A stretch of 64,000 nt of DNA, taken from NCBI GenBank assembly GCA_004764695.1, contig SMSO01000007.1, positions 806,001-870,000 on the forward strand, given 5' to 3'. Under the pieces are notes generated by a model. That model saw nothing but the letters and a program-made list of their open reading frames with translations, searched no databases and was not told where the DNA came from. Position 1 is the stretch's first letter. Each line of letters starts with the position of its first letter. Position numbers and translations under genes: made by a program. The stretch is from Schizochytrium sp. TIO01. Its lineage: Eukaryota; Protista; Bigyra: Labyrinthulomycetes. This document shows positions 31,901 to 45,092 of the stretch, in pieces.

Positions 31901-34900
31901 CCCGGGCGCCGACCCTCGCCAAGGCAACGCTGGATCGAGCGACTCGCAAGCAAGCCGCGGACGGCCTTTCGAAACATTCCTCGAATCGAGCCGTCCATCC
32001 ATCAAATATCCATCAAATATCCATCCAAAGATCTATATCCAAAGATCTGTACCCAAATACCCATCCAAATATCGCAGGCGTCACTGCACGTACGAAGTAA
32101 CGCCGGTCGCAGCGAAGAAGTCGGCGGTACCTTCTTTCGTACTCGAGTCGAAGAAAGATCTCGAGACCGATGGTAGTAAATAAATAAATAGCTACTCCAA
32201 GATCCCAGCCTGAAGACAACCAACCATCACGAAAGCCCCACCACCACTCCTCCGCAGGGATCCTGAGAGATCCAAGAGCTGAACGGCGACGCAGAAGACT
32301 CATGTGTGTCTGTGGAGCCCCAACATCGAAGGGCCAAGGAATCGAAGAATCGAAGAATCGAAGAATCGAAGAATCGGTCCCAACCTCAGGAAGGCTGGTC
32401 TGGTCTCTCCTCTATACCATACCGTCGTTCACTAAGCCAAGCGTCACGAGGAACAGTCAGCGCCCAAAAAGAACGCTTCAGAGCCTTGAACTTGAAAAAC
32501 AAGGAGGGCCAGGATATACCCGCTTCGCCCGCCTCCTGTCAACTCCGAGGTGGGTAAAGGGTAGCAGAGGGTAGGAGTCCGTGGTGACGTTTGCGTTGTT
32601 TTTATTGCTGTGAATGGAAAAGTAAAAGTTGATCGATTTTCAATTCTTCAATTTGAATATTTATTTGTTTTCCTTTAAGTTAGTTAGTTCTTAATTGAGA
32701 GCTCTCGTCAAGGCCCGTAGGAGGCAGCTATCACGGCATAGTACCAACAACAAGTTCGTCTTTTGTTTGTCGGCTGGCTGGCTGCCAGTAGCACTACTTA
32801 TGTACCTACTAGTAACCGGCAGGCTAAAAGGCTTTTGAAACCTTTAAGTTCATAATAACCAATATGCTTTTATTATTAATATTTTTTTAATTGAAAGAAA
32901 ATAAATAATAGACTGAAAAATGAGAATTTAGCTATAATGATGAAAATATTCACAACGAAATCTCATCATCGCAATAGTATAAGTATGGCATAGCATCCCT
33001 AAATCTAAGTGAGTTAAAGTTCGGGTCTTCGATGCAGAGAATGGGGAAAGGAAGGGCGTCCTTTTCGAGGGCAAGCCGAGACCTGCAGAGAGAACCAGGC
33101 CTCAAAGCAGCCTCCAGTGGGCAGGATCAGTCAATTCGCAGGGAGGGGCCTTCAAAATGTAAAACCATTGAGAGCTGCGAGGGCAAAGAAAGATAAGTAA
33201 GGAAACAGAAGCCCTCCCTCTCGCTTCTTTCAGAGTTAGGCCAGTTTTAGTTGCTTTCGTTATATAAGGCTATACTTCTTTTGAAGTGGCTTAGTTTTAA
33301 AAGAACCGTGGCGATAGTGACAGGCGTAGTGGGGTACTAGGGCTGGCCTTCGCGAATAGGCCTGTTTTCATCTCTCTCTCTCTTGTTTCTTTTCTTTTAC
33401 AAGTTTAATTCAATGACGATGAGTGTCATTAAAACTTTTAAAAGGTCAACGAAAAGAAAAGACAATCGAACGATTGACCGATCAAGTGCGGTCCTCGAAG
33501 AAGAAGAGGGAGTCTTCGAAACCCTGCGCAAAACAACCTCAAAGCTCACAGCTTTGGCCATAAATCACCGTCTTCAGCAACGAACTCTGCAGCTTCACGG
33601 CCCGTGAAAGGTTCCTCGCACAGCCAGCCAGCCTCCATCGCCATCGCCGTCAACTTCGACGGCATCGACGCAATCTCAACAGCGATCGTCATCCTCAATC
33701 TGCAACGATGATGAATAATGGCATGAACCGGGACTCACACTTATGGAACTAATGGAACTATGGGAACGTAAAGAACACCTGGAACTTCCGCGATCTTGTG
33801 AAAGGTGCAGGAATCGCCGTCGATCGCAAGGCCCGAATTGGGGACAAAAGAAGCGCGACCTGGCGGGACTGCGGCGCCAGAGCTCTCAAGAGCGGCCCCG
33901 GATCGACCCCGGAGGCTGAGAAGAGACGTTTATCAACCTCCCGGCCGAAGCCGTTGAGGGAGAGAGCGCTGGGGCGAAGGAAAGCGGGCAAGCAGGAAAG
34001 ATCGAGTGCCAAGCAGCCGCCGAAGCAGGCCCGGAACACTGAGAATTTATGGAACATTAGGAGTGTTAAGAACATTGGGAACAGAGCGCCCCGCAGAAAA
34101 CCTGCGCGCTCGAGCCTGACCGTGCACTGCGTGGACTCGACCGACTATGATGGGTGCAGAAAAGAGACGGGAGCCACGCGCAAGCGCAGGCGCCGTTGAT
34201 CAAGACGGTCAGGCATAGAGGAGGCACGGTCATACGGAGGTGAAGCCGGCCAATCCTGAAGTTGCTAAGAGATCGATCGCCTTGCTCGATGATTATCATT
34301 TATATAGCTTGCAATGTAATACGGGGACTCAGAGGAAGGTGTGTACTGCCTAGATGGTGTGTACTTATTGCTTCTACGTTGGAGGAAAGCGACGATGACC
34401 TCTGTGAGACAAGATAATAAGGTAGCTGGTCTTCTAAATCTTGGAGTACCTAGGGAGGCAGCGACTACGTTCAAGCTTGGCTATGTAGTTTAAGCTTGGC
34501 TGTGTAGTTTGAGCTTGGCTGTCTAGCCCAGTAACTAGCTAGATAGCTGTGAAGAGGGCGGTGGAGTTATGGCTGGGTCGTCATCTCTGCCAGCGTCATG
34601 CGAGTTGGTTGCCGCCGTTTGGGCTGACTTACTTTTTGTAAGGTGAAGATCCTACGTGCTCCAATTGCAATTGTAAATTACCTAAGTACTTGGTAGCCTG
34701 TCGTAAAGTTCTGCTGGGCAACGAAGTTTTCGCGGCTATGAGGTGTGGCATGTGGGCTTTGCACAAATGATTGACGACGATTGACGATCTGAGCGGCGCC
34801 TCACACTCGCCTTCGTCTTCGCTACCTTAGTCTGCTACACCAACGTGCAAGTTCGGAAAACACTCGATTCATTGTGCCAGGACATGAGAAGAGGGATCCC

Positions 34901-36397
34901 TAGTTCTTGGTTACCTAAATGCCCCAGATGGGTAGGGACCTACATACATACACATTCTCAACGTGCTTGAGGGATCTCTACTAGAGATAAGTGATTGTGT
35001 TGGATTGGGGTTTTGCCCAAGTTATGAAAGATTATGACTTATTACCTCTGACTAGTGAAGGTGGGGATCTATATCCCTCGCTCGAGGTCGACGAGCTCAG
35101 TTGGCAAGCAAATATACGATCTTGTGTCTGCCAAAGCACTAGTACTACTGCAACCTCGAGTGGCGCCTTGAGGTTACTCAACCCAACTTAGCTAATGAGA
35201 TTTCCGATTTTGATTTTGTAGAAGCCGATCGGATCAAGCCTAGACGTGAAACCTTATTCAGGCTTCTCTTTGAAGCTGGCAAATTATGAAATAGGTACTC
35301 AGGCAGTCGCCAAGTTCTGTGAAATGCTAGCTCTCGTAGTAATAACATAAATCAATAACGCTGTTTTATTCGAAAAGCACAAGTGAGAAATGTAAAGGGC
35401 GAATTTAAAGGCTTGTTTAACAGAAAGATAAAGCTTTTAAAAACTATACTACTAATAGAAATCGCATTTGTGATCTTCTGCTTTGAATAAGTCATAATTT
35501 CGCTAGATATGTAGGAATTAACAATTCGAGAATACCATCGGAATTGAATTTTTAATATTTTGATGTGGTTGTTGAATTTTTGCATGCTAACCAGCTGGAA
35601 AGGGAGAGCGAGGCATATCCTATATTACATGCTGCTGACAAAGGCAAATATGAACTTGAATACACACGAGGTTGAATTAGTTTGTCAACCATTAATCTAG
35701 ATTCCATCGATGTAAAATTTTGCACTAAATGGGGTTTTCAGATGTACCTTAAGTCTTAGATTTCAAACACTTTTTAATTGTCTGAATGTCCTCGTCGTCC
35801 TATAGAACTTATACTGCTTTGTTACAGACGCTGACGCTGTGTCGTACATATACTCCTTCAACTACGAATCTCACCAGTTGCATTGGCAGCAGGGCACAAC
35901 TACTTTTGAGAAGCGCAGATAGATATTTTGTCTTTCACCAAAATCTATACTACAATCTATTTTACAAAAGGGTGGATTGCTCAGCCTTGTGTTACTTTAT
36001 TTTATGACTCATTGGAGATATTACTATTGCTCACTATATGTATATGAAGCCGCCATTATTTCATATTAAAAAGTGATTCAAGAACAGATTTTATTGGCAT
36101 CAAATAGTAAGGTAAATAATTTTCTTCATAGTTAACCTCTATCTGATCAGATTCTTGTAAGGCGCTTGAGGAAGGCTTGATAGCCTATGGCTTTGAGCGT
36201 TAGCAATCTGCTACCCATAGAATTGGATTCCTTGGCCTTGGCAGACTGATTCATCTCTAAATTGGAAGTCTAAGGCTTACTTGATCTTTTGCCAGACATA
36301 ATTGACAAAGTTAGGTTTACTTGTGTTTTCAACTGTCAATTTAGACTCAACCATAATTGATTCTAGCGAAGGGCGTATGGGAACTTTTGGTTCTCAT

Positions 36398-39300
36398 CTA
36401 TTTGTCTTCACCGCCATGCACCTGGTTGTCTATTTCTATTCCTGAGTCTGATGATAGCATGTCAACTGGTTCCTTCGACGGAGTTTGAGGATCATCAACA
36501 TCAATAAAGTAGAAACCTCTTGTATCTACAAGCCGATCGATGGCACCCTTCAACAGAAGTGGATGATTATTACCGCACCTTTGAATCAAATCACAGATTT
36601 CCCCAGCAATACTAACATGCTGGTAGTGCTTCTGACATTTGTGAATGGCCCAAATGCCATCATTATCGGTGCAAATAATGGGTCTGGGAAATCCTGAATT
36701 CCAGCTGACGCTGTCTCCCGATTGACTTAATTCCAGTAAAGAAGAGAAAGCTCCTAGTGCTTGATCCGGAGCTCTTGCAGATGTCCCATGAGTGTCAAGG
36801 AGTAGCATGTCATTGGAGGTTGGGTTGATTTCGAAAGGTACATTGCGTTCACCACATCTCTTTAAAAAATCTCGAAGGCGATAGTAAAGATCTTCAAAGT
36901 CACGCTCTGAGCCAATGATCTCTGTTGCGGCGGCACTTCTTACATAGGTTTTCTTTCTTACAATGGTTTCCTCCAAACCATTGGTTAAATTCTGAGGGTT
37001 TCTCTCTTTTGGAAGCCCTAAACCCGCCCATGAAACGCAAAACGCAACCCCATGACCGATGCGTAACCGAATATCCGCTTCCACTATTTTGGTTATCCCA
37101 GTGATTAGTGTGTGCATGCAGAGTAAGTAAACCTGTTGGGCCTTTCCTGCATTTTTATTTGCTCGGTGTCGTTGCACACCTTCCCCTCCATGCACCCGCA
37201 ACCCAAAGTATTCGTTGAATGTTTTTTTACACCACTTAACAAAATCGATCACCACATTCGTACAAAACCAATTCGTTGGCATGAACAGCTCGTCTCCTAC
37301 CCAATCAAGACCAACAAGGAAGTGACATAAAAGCCTATCCTTGTTAAGACTATCCTCAAGCTTTTTCAAAACTCGTTCGTAATCTGGCTTCTGTTTTGCC
37401 TGTTTGTTCGCCTCTTCGTTGTTTTGCGAAGAATTTACATCGCATTCATGAACATACAGCTTGCGCAGAAAATCCTCCCTACATAATTCATCATCAAGGT
37501 GTGCAGAGCCCCCGCGGAACTTATGCAACGAGATAATAAAACTCAGCGCATTGAAACCAGAAAGGGAAGCAGCACGTTCCACTTTGCTCTTTATTTTATC
37601 TACATTGGAATCAGCTAACTCCTCTGCAGATAAAAAGCAGTCAATATAAGATTTCGCTAGCGTTTTGAAGGGTGTGACGCGTGAAAACGCCGCAAGAAAG
37701 CGAAATTGCATGCCTTGCGGATACTCATTGTATAAACCGTATGTCTCGATCCAACTTGGTTCCCAGCTTAATTTGCCAAGACGATCATTTAAGAATGCGT
37801 GTAGCATCTGCTTGTTTACCATCTTTACCTTGCCCGACTGCAAGGCCTTCTTGGTCGCGTAATCTATGATATGATCCCTAAGAACACGGATATAAAAGTT
37901 TGCATATGTTGTAGACCGGCGGTGATTCAGTTTCAGATCACTTTTTAGCTTTCTTTCAGCTAATTTTCTTTCCACAAAGATTTTATATTTGACTCGGGAT
38001 GACTTCACTTCTTCGCGAAGAAGTTCTCCAAAATACTGAGCAACAGTTGTTTTAATGGTGCTGGCATTCTCCTCGATAGTGTTCTTGATTCGAGACAGGA
38101 TTTCATTCGCTGTAGGTTTTTCTTCCTTTACAGAGGATTCATTCCCTGTGGAGGACTCTCTTTGGGGGGAATTCTCCTCTTTCAAAGTTGCCAAGAGGCG
38201 CTTAGCATTCTCCAATAGTTTCTTATGGAATGAAACTTTGGCATCCTCTTCAAAATGAATATCGGGTAACATCTCATTGGGTTTCTCAATACCACAACAT
38301 TCGGCAAGTATGGCCTGAAGCTTTTTGCGTACATCGGTAAACCTGTTCAAAAAAACCAGTCTTCTGGAGATGACGTCCAACTTTTCTTGTAGGTATATAT
38401 TTTTCATTTCAGTGCCTTCTAACCATGATCTAAGCTCTACAGAGGCATCTTTGGCTTGCTCTCGATTTGGACTTTGTTCTCTTAAAAATAATAGAACTCT
38501 ATCCAACTGTATTTGCGATATACCCGAGCATCCTTGTATTTGCTCTCCTAAAACCTGGGCATCTAAAACGTCAGCGTAAGAGAGAAAGCAGTTTTTCCCC
38601 TCCAGAATTTTATTGATTTCCTTTAGGATCGCCTGGAGAGATTTGGATGAAGCTTCGTTCCTACCATCTTCTTCTAACCCATTTAAAGGGCATCCAATAT
38701 TTTCTGAAGCCGCCTCAGTGATATTTTTGCACCTCTGAATCAGCTCTTTGGTGTTAATTTTTTCTTCACTAGTCGCTTCTCTATTGAGACTGTCTTGAAG
38801 AAAATCTAAGGAGCTTTTTATTACCCTTAAATATTCATCCTCAGGCTCAAGACGCTTGTCATCCCCTTCATAATCCGCGATGCGAAAACTGTCAAACACC
38901 ATTGTTTGCAATATTCTTGATTCCGCCATGTCCTTGGCTGAGACTGAGAATTCAACATATTTCACGCCAGCTTTGGCGTAACGCGAAAGCACTTGGTTCA
39001 ACAAAATAGCAAGGACTTCGATACGTTGTTCATAAATGCAGTCCTTCAATGCATAGCGCTGTGGGTAGAACGCGGGTGTAAAATTACCACGGAATTGCGC
39101 TCGTCTGTCACCCTCAGTAGGTTTATGACCTGAAGTACCCAACATTTCGAAGGCATTCCTTACAGAAGCCAAAACCTCAGGGGAAAGCTCTATAAGCTCG
39201 ATGAGATCTGTGTTTGTTATCCCTTCCACTTCCTCAAACTCCCAATTTCTTTGATTAAAGATGACCCATTTTTTGCATCGCGCGTTAAATTCCCATTGAT

Positions 39301-40020
39301 GAGAACACTCGACAGTAGGCGTCAGTAAAGACTCCAGATCTGCTTTATGATTTGCATCCCGAGCATTACCATCATCGGTATCGATATCGATATCATTAAA
39401 ACGAACAATGTTGAATCCTTTACATAGCTGCTTAACACCGTAAACCACATCATATGTAAACAGGCTAAGATCAAGCTTCTCTTCTCCCCAAATTTCTTTT
39501 AGCTCCTCGACCCAATATTTGCTTAGTTCTGGATTGGTTGTTTGATTGCCTTCACTCACTGCGAAGCCTTTCGGAAGAAATGGACGTTTACAAAAATCTT
39601 TTGCAAGAGTCTCAAAGATACTCTCCGCTTCTGCTTCTTTCGACTCGGCATTTTTTTTGAAATGTTGACTTCGGTGTCTTGAAGCACCCGTGGGAGATAA
39701 ACTTTCATGATTCGAGAAACCCAAAAGTCTGCAGATCCCATCCCAAGCAAGTGGGTATGGAGTTCTGCTAGCTTCCCACCAATGATATTTCGATCCAGTT
39801 CTCTCTCGCAATTGAATCTGTCTAGTTTCACCTTGGCAGCTCTCTCCTCTGGAGTTGGAGAGGTAGGACTTGTATCAGTGCGTTTTACCTTGGCAGCTTG
39901 CTCCTCTGGAGTTGGAGAGGTAGGACTTGTATCAGTGCGTTTTACCTTGGGAGCTCGCTGATCTGGAGTTGGAGAGGTAAGACTTGTATCATCGCCAGGT
40001 TGTTTGCGCTTTGAAGACAT
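36398..40020 (-). CDS. Large adenosine/AMP deaminase-fold metallo-hydrolase (~1207 aa if joined), split by a -1 frameshift at the A8 run 39651-39658
   Basis: The upstream ORF (ATG 40020) has KLAELHTHLLGMG (HxH). The downstream frame has AGVKYVEFS, LVGLDWVGDE, RVHGGEG, RIGHG, FEINPTSN and ICTDNDG, completing the ADA motif set. Confidence 0.82.
39828..39991 (-). repeat. Three 57-bp coding tandem repeats (DTSPTSPTPEEQAAKVKRT)
   Basis: CCTTGG anchors at 39831, 39888 and 39945 (period 57). Confidence 0.92.
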
Positions 40021-40400
40021 TGCTTTCGATCACACAGAAACTCCAAACTGTTTGCAGTATTACTATTGTCTTGCAAGAATGCGCGAGTTTGGGGCTTACT
40101 GAGCTGGGAACGGCTTGCTACTTAATAGTATCGCACAGACACCTTTCACCTCAGAAAAAGGAGCACTTACACGTTGCACGTAAGACTGATGCGCTATTTA
40201 CTGGTCTTGGTAATTCGGGTTTGCTTACCAGGTCAGAACATTCAAATTTAATTCCTCTCCAACCAACTTTTTGAATACTCGAGAGACGTGCCTCAGTATG
40301 ACAGCCCTATTGTCTACCAAATGACTAATGACCCAGCAAACTGTTTTTCAGCTCCAGTGGATTGATTCACCATCGCCAATGAGACTGAGTATTGCATGCA

Positions 40401-40435
<35 letters not shown>

Positions 40436-43400
40436 CTTCTCAACCTATTTTTTTTAAAGTTGTGCATGAGAGTTACGGTTTCAGAAGTTGCACTTACCTA
40501 CCCTTTTAAAGATAAAAAAGAATCATCCCTGCCCAAGTCAACGGAAGTCATTCTCTTTGCTGAGCTCGACGTACTCTCGGATCTTATGTCGCGGATAATT
40601 GAAAGAATTTTGCTTGGCTAAGTCAAACCGGCGCTTGCTACTACGCCGTAGCCTCAAAGTTTCGTCTTGTCTTGATTTTGCAAAACTTTGAAGTATGTAA
40701 AAGAGTTTTTCTTCATTTGGAAGATGCAGTAGATACCTCCAATTTCTGCTCTCTTCTACAAAACTGTGCGTAGGTCGAAGATATCACCTGCCAGTCAAAA
40801 CCCGCAGGATATCCTCAGTAGCCCCAGCAATAATATAAGGCGCAGTCCTGTGGACTTCACTTCCTGGCAAACTCTGGCAAACACATGTGGCTTTTCTATT
40901 CTTTAAAGTTTTCAGCTCTGAAGCATTTTGTATTCCATTTGAGGTCGAAGGAGCTCTGGTGAAGTCCAGGCTGCTGCAGTGTTGGGCCCTAAACCAAAAC
41001 CCCAACCCTAACAGGTAGACACCCATCATGATCTCCGGACGCCTTTGACAGATTTTGCAGACCATTCTCAAGTAGAGCTGTCGCACGGTCTTCCAAACAA
41101 TCTTTACACCCGGAACCAAACTTAAAATTTTCTTTTAAAAGCAGGGAGCGCTCTAGAGTTTATTACTGTCTGCGTATAAACGCTCAGGCGTTTAAAGTAG
41201 TTTAGTGGAGGGTACTGAAGTACGAAGTTGGAATAATAAATGTTATTTTCACTTATAAATTGTGTTCGTTTCGAGTTGGAAGCGTTGCACTACATTTTTT
41301 TATTTTTCAATATTCAAGGTTAAATCGATAACGCATCAAGATTAAAGTATGTAGAGCGAAGCAAGTCATATTCGTAGGAGTGACTTTGTGATGTAGACAT
41401 GGAAATAGCAGTTCTTTGCGTTGCAGCGTATCGATTCTTGACTTCGAAGGCCCGGCCTGAGACGGTCTTGTTAGTAAGAAACATTCAGAATAAAAGAAAG
41501 ATATTCCTCTAAATAATTAAGGAAATGTTGTACTGAATGGTTCAAGTGGACAATGACGTCAAACTAGTACCAGTTTAGACTTACTATTACTGCTTTTTGC
41601 ATCGTTGTAGTGTAGAATCCAACGAAAACAATAATAGAGGAAGAATTCTATAGTTAGGCATATATCTAGTCATCAAATATAATAGGGCACTGGTCTGAAG
41701 TGCCCCTTGGGTTTAATTTTTTAATTAAGATAAAAATAAGAATGCGTATGAGAGCCTGTAGAGTAACTTGAAGAGAACTCCACAATAAGTACTAGTTAAG
41801 TAAAGATAGGTATCGAGTGGTAGGTAACTCTAGCTAGACTGTATGTAGGGTATCATTATATATCGTCAATTTGCTTTTGGATTTCGTGGTAATGCTGAGC
41901 CTGACATTGTCTCCCCCCCCCCTCCTCCCCCCCTCCCAAAGGGAGATATCATGGTTGAGGGTGTCGTGATGCTGTTGCCTGTGTGCTGATGAGCATGCAG
42001 CAATGTTCTTCGTGGCTTTATGTTGGAAATCTAGTATTAAATTGAATATATGATCGAATAGTTAAGCCTGGGTTCTGTTTCAGGCATTGCAGCGCTCATT
42101 TTCGACGTGGACAGAGAAGCAATGGATAATTTGTCGTGCCAATCCAAATTGTTGACTCTGGCAAGAATGAAACTGCCCTTTTAAATTCACAAGACAACGC
42201 CAAGCGCGTGTGGAAAGAACTAGAGTATGGATATAGCATCAAGCGAGTCTCCATCAATGAGTGTCATTCTCGATTAGCGGCAGGACAGTCAAGGTGTAGT
42301 ATTTAGAGATGCAGGCTTTAATGAAGACTTTCGCCCTGCTACAGTAAATTAACCAGCTCAAGCGAAAGCACAGCAGCAGATTTGTTGAATAAGTGAGCGA
42401 GGCCGAACGCAATCTCGATCTCTGACAGGCTCTCAGGCTCATTTAAGCGTCGTTTTGCAAACGCACGCAACCAGTCCTTTGAATCCAGCGTAGTTGGCCC
42501 CAGTTCTTCAACAACAACATCTAGAGTTCACATTAAAATTGACTCGAACAACCTGTTCATTTACTCCAAGTTTGTTGGTGAACAGCAGTGAGCATTGGAG
42601 AACCAAGGCGATACGGAAGGTATTTGAATTGAGATTCCTGGTAGCTCTTGTCATATCTATAGCACAGGAGATCGACGGATTCTGTCCAAGCCGTGGAAGC
42701 CTTGAAGCAACAGACTATATAGCACACCACAGTTTTCGAGCTTCTTTGGACAGACTTTGCGCAAGAAAACTACACATTGAGAGACCTCTCCTTAGAGCTG
42801 GCCCCCTTTGCCTACGAAGGTGCTTCGTCTACCATAGTGCTTAGCACGGCGAACCATTGAAGCTTCACCGTACGAGACCCTTTCAGCAACCTGGCTAAAG
42901 GCAACCGAACCGAAAGCTGTGACATTGACACAGTCTGTTTGTCAATCTTTTCAGCGTCAAAACACCCAGGTGCCTAGGTAGGTTCTAGTAGCCTCTGGGC
43001 CGTGAAAGGAAATTGAGCGAGAATATCGTGCCCCCTTACAGTATCTAAATCAGAGGCTTTTTTCTACTTTTCAAGCAATCCTTTAACCGAAAAGAGCATA
43101 TTGCAATGGTACTCATGACTGACTATTGTGCCGCGGCACTAGGTCACTTCTAAAGGTCCTTGGGTAAAAAGTCAAGTCAAAGCTTATTTCCGAACTTTCA
43201 ACATCAGTCTAGTTTGTATTGTTCTACCCAACCAAATTGCAGCTCAAAGTTATCAGGTACGTGGTTTCGTCAACTTGGAAGCTCCATATCATTTTAATCA
43301 GACCTAGAATCTGTTAGTTGAAAACCTCCTCTCATAGCTCATCCAATTTACATTTACCTAAGGTAATTTCCCCGAACCGATGGATCAAAACTAGCTTCAT

Positions 43401-44795
43401 TCTCAACGTATTTACATGTGACCATCTTTCAAAGTTATAGCACCAAACAGCCTGGATAAGTGAATTTATCACTCTGGTTCGTGGTAACAGACTAGAAGAC
43501 TGCTTTAGCTCAGAAAGAGTTGCCGCTAGCCATCACTATGACAAAATCACTTTCACAAGATCATTTTGTGTTTATTACTCGATAGACAATTTACACTGTA
43601 AAATGAAGTACATGTAGGGACGATGTTTGAAAACTCTACCATGGGCACGAAGTCCTACTGTTTTCACGAAACTGAAAAGGCAGGATCGTGAATAACTTCA
43701 CCCTCTAACGAGGTGAATGCCGATACCACTTTGAGACGTGCAAAAGAATCTCTTTCTCGTCGTCTTTTGCTATATTGCTTTGACCTTCTTGGGGATGATC
43801 GTTGCATTCTTTTCATGTTAAGAATGTCGAGCCTAGCTGGCGAAGAGAGCGAGGAAGTTGTTAAAAGGTAAAGTAGAGAGCATGCCCCTCAAAGCCTTGC
43901 GCTCCTGTAAACCCTCCAAAGGGGTCATACGTTGTTTTTCATATGATCATAGGAGGTAGTCTTTCTTGTAGCTGAGTGTGCACTTTCGAAGATTGCATTA
44001 TTGCAACAGTGAAAACGCATACCATTTCATGAACCCTTACAAGAGACTATTTGGAGTGAAACTCTTTCCAACACTTTCACCTTTGGAACTTCTGTCCAAC
44101 GAAGAGATATCAGTGTCACTCCACTATGACCGCTGGCTCACATATACTTCTAATATGACCCTCCATCTTCATCGATGCAGTTGAGGCAGAGCTACAATTC
44201 AGTCTTTAAGTACCCTGCCCAGAGAGCAACGCAAGATCATCGATCACATCAGCCGACATCCACGTGGCCCATTCCAGGCGGCACTTGTAATCTCAAAATG
44301 CCCAACTCGCTTTCACAGTGCATCATAATTCTTACTACATCTACAACTTGAAAAAAGGTCAAAAGTCCTTGCTTCAGATGCGGCCCTCGGCCTCCATCAT
44401 GCTCTTGAGATCATGCTTTTACTCATTGATGCGCTGGAGGTCCGTTCTCTCCAGTGCCTCTCTGTGAAAACCCATGGAAAGCTGAAGATCACTGAGTCTC
44501 TCAAGTCCCTATAGCAGCAGAGGGAATGCGGGGAATGCGAGTCTGGGCTTCGATCTGAGTGAGTCTGAGGATCTTCAGGAGGAAGAATAACGTGCTGATC
44601 TAGCATTCGGCTAAGGTAAACGCTAAGGCAAGCCTATGTTTTGGTCTTTGATAAGCAGCATGAAGATCTTGGTAAATGAGGAGGACTTCTGGCGAAGGCA
44701 AATCGCAATTGACAGCTAGCTGCGTTGTAACATCTGAAGCGTATCGATCGATTGAAGAAGAAGAAGCAAAAGAAGCAGCGTTGGGTTGTTGCAGG

Positions 44796-45092
44796 ATGAG
44801 TGGAACTGATGCTTTCGTTGCCGGCTATGGCGCCATGCTGACCGTAGGCGGCATTTTGGGCTTTGTGCGCCGAGGCTCGCTCATGTCCCTGGCCACTGGT
44901 GGCCTTATTGGAGGGTACTTTGTGTACGCCTCTACGGAACTCAACCGCTCCCACGAAGCCAACCTCACCATCCTCTCAGGCCTCCTCACCATTGTTATGG
45001 CTGCTCGTGCTCATGGTGCCGCAAAGTTCATGCCGTCTGGCCTTGTCGCAGTCCTTTCTGGAGGCATGCTCTGGTACCTCTTGAATAAGTGA
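44796..45092 (+). CDS. TMEM14 / FAX family small membrane protein
   Basis: YGAMLTVGGILGFVRRGSLMSLATGGLIG and KFMPSGLVAVLS are typical Tmemb_14 motifs. ATG at 44796. Confidence 0.9.
   Translation: MSGTDAFVAGYGAMLTVGGILGFVRRGSLMSLATGGLIGGYFVYASTELNRSHEANLTILSGLLTIVMAARAHGAAKFMPSGLVAVLSGGMLWYLLNK

Noticed and set aside
36398-39811. Start of the 1137-aa ORF at 39811 as the true gene start
   Set aside because: TTG start, and it lacks the essential HxH motif, which is in the overlapping upstream frame.
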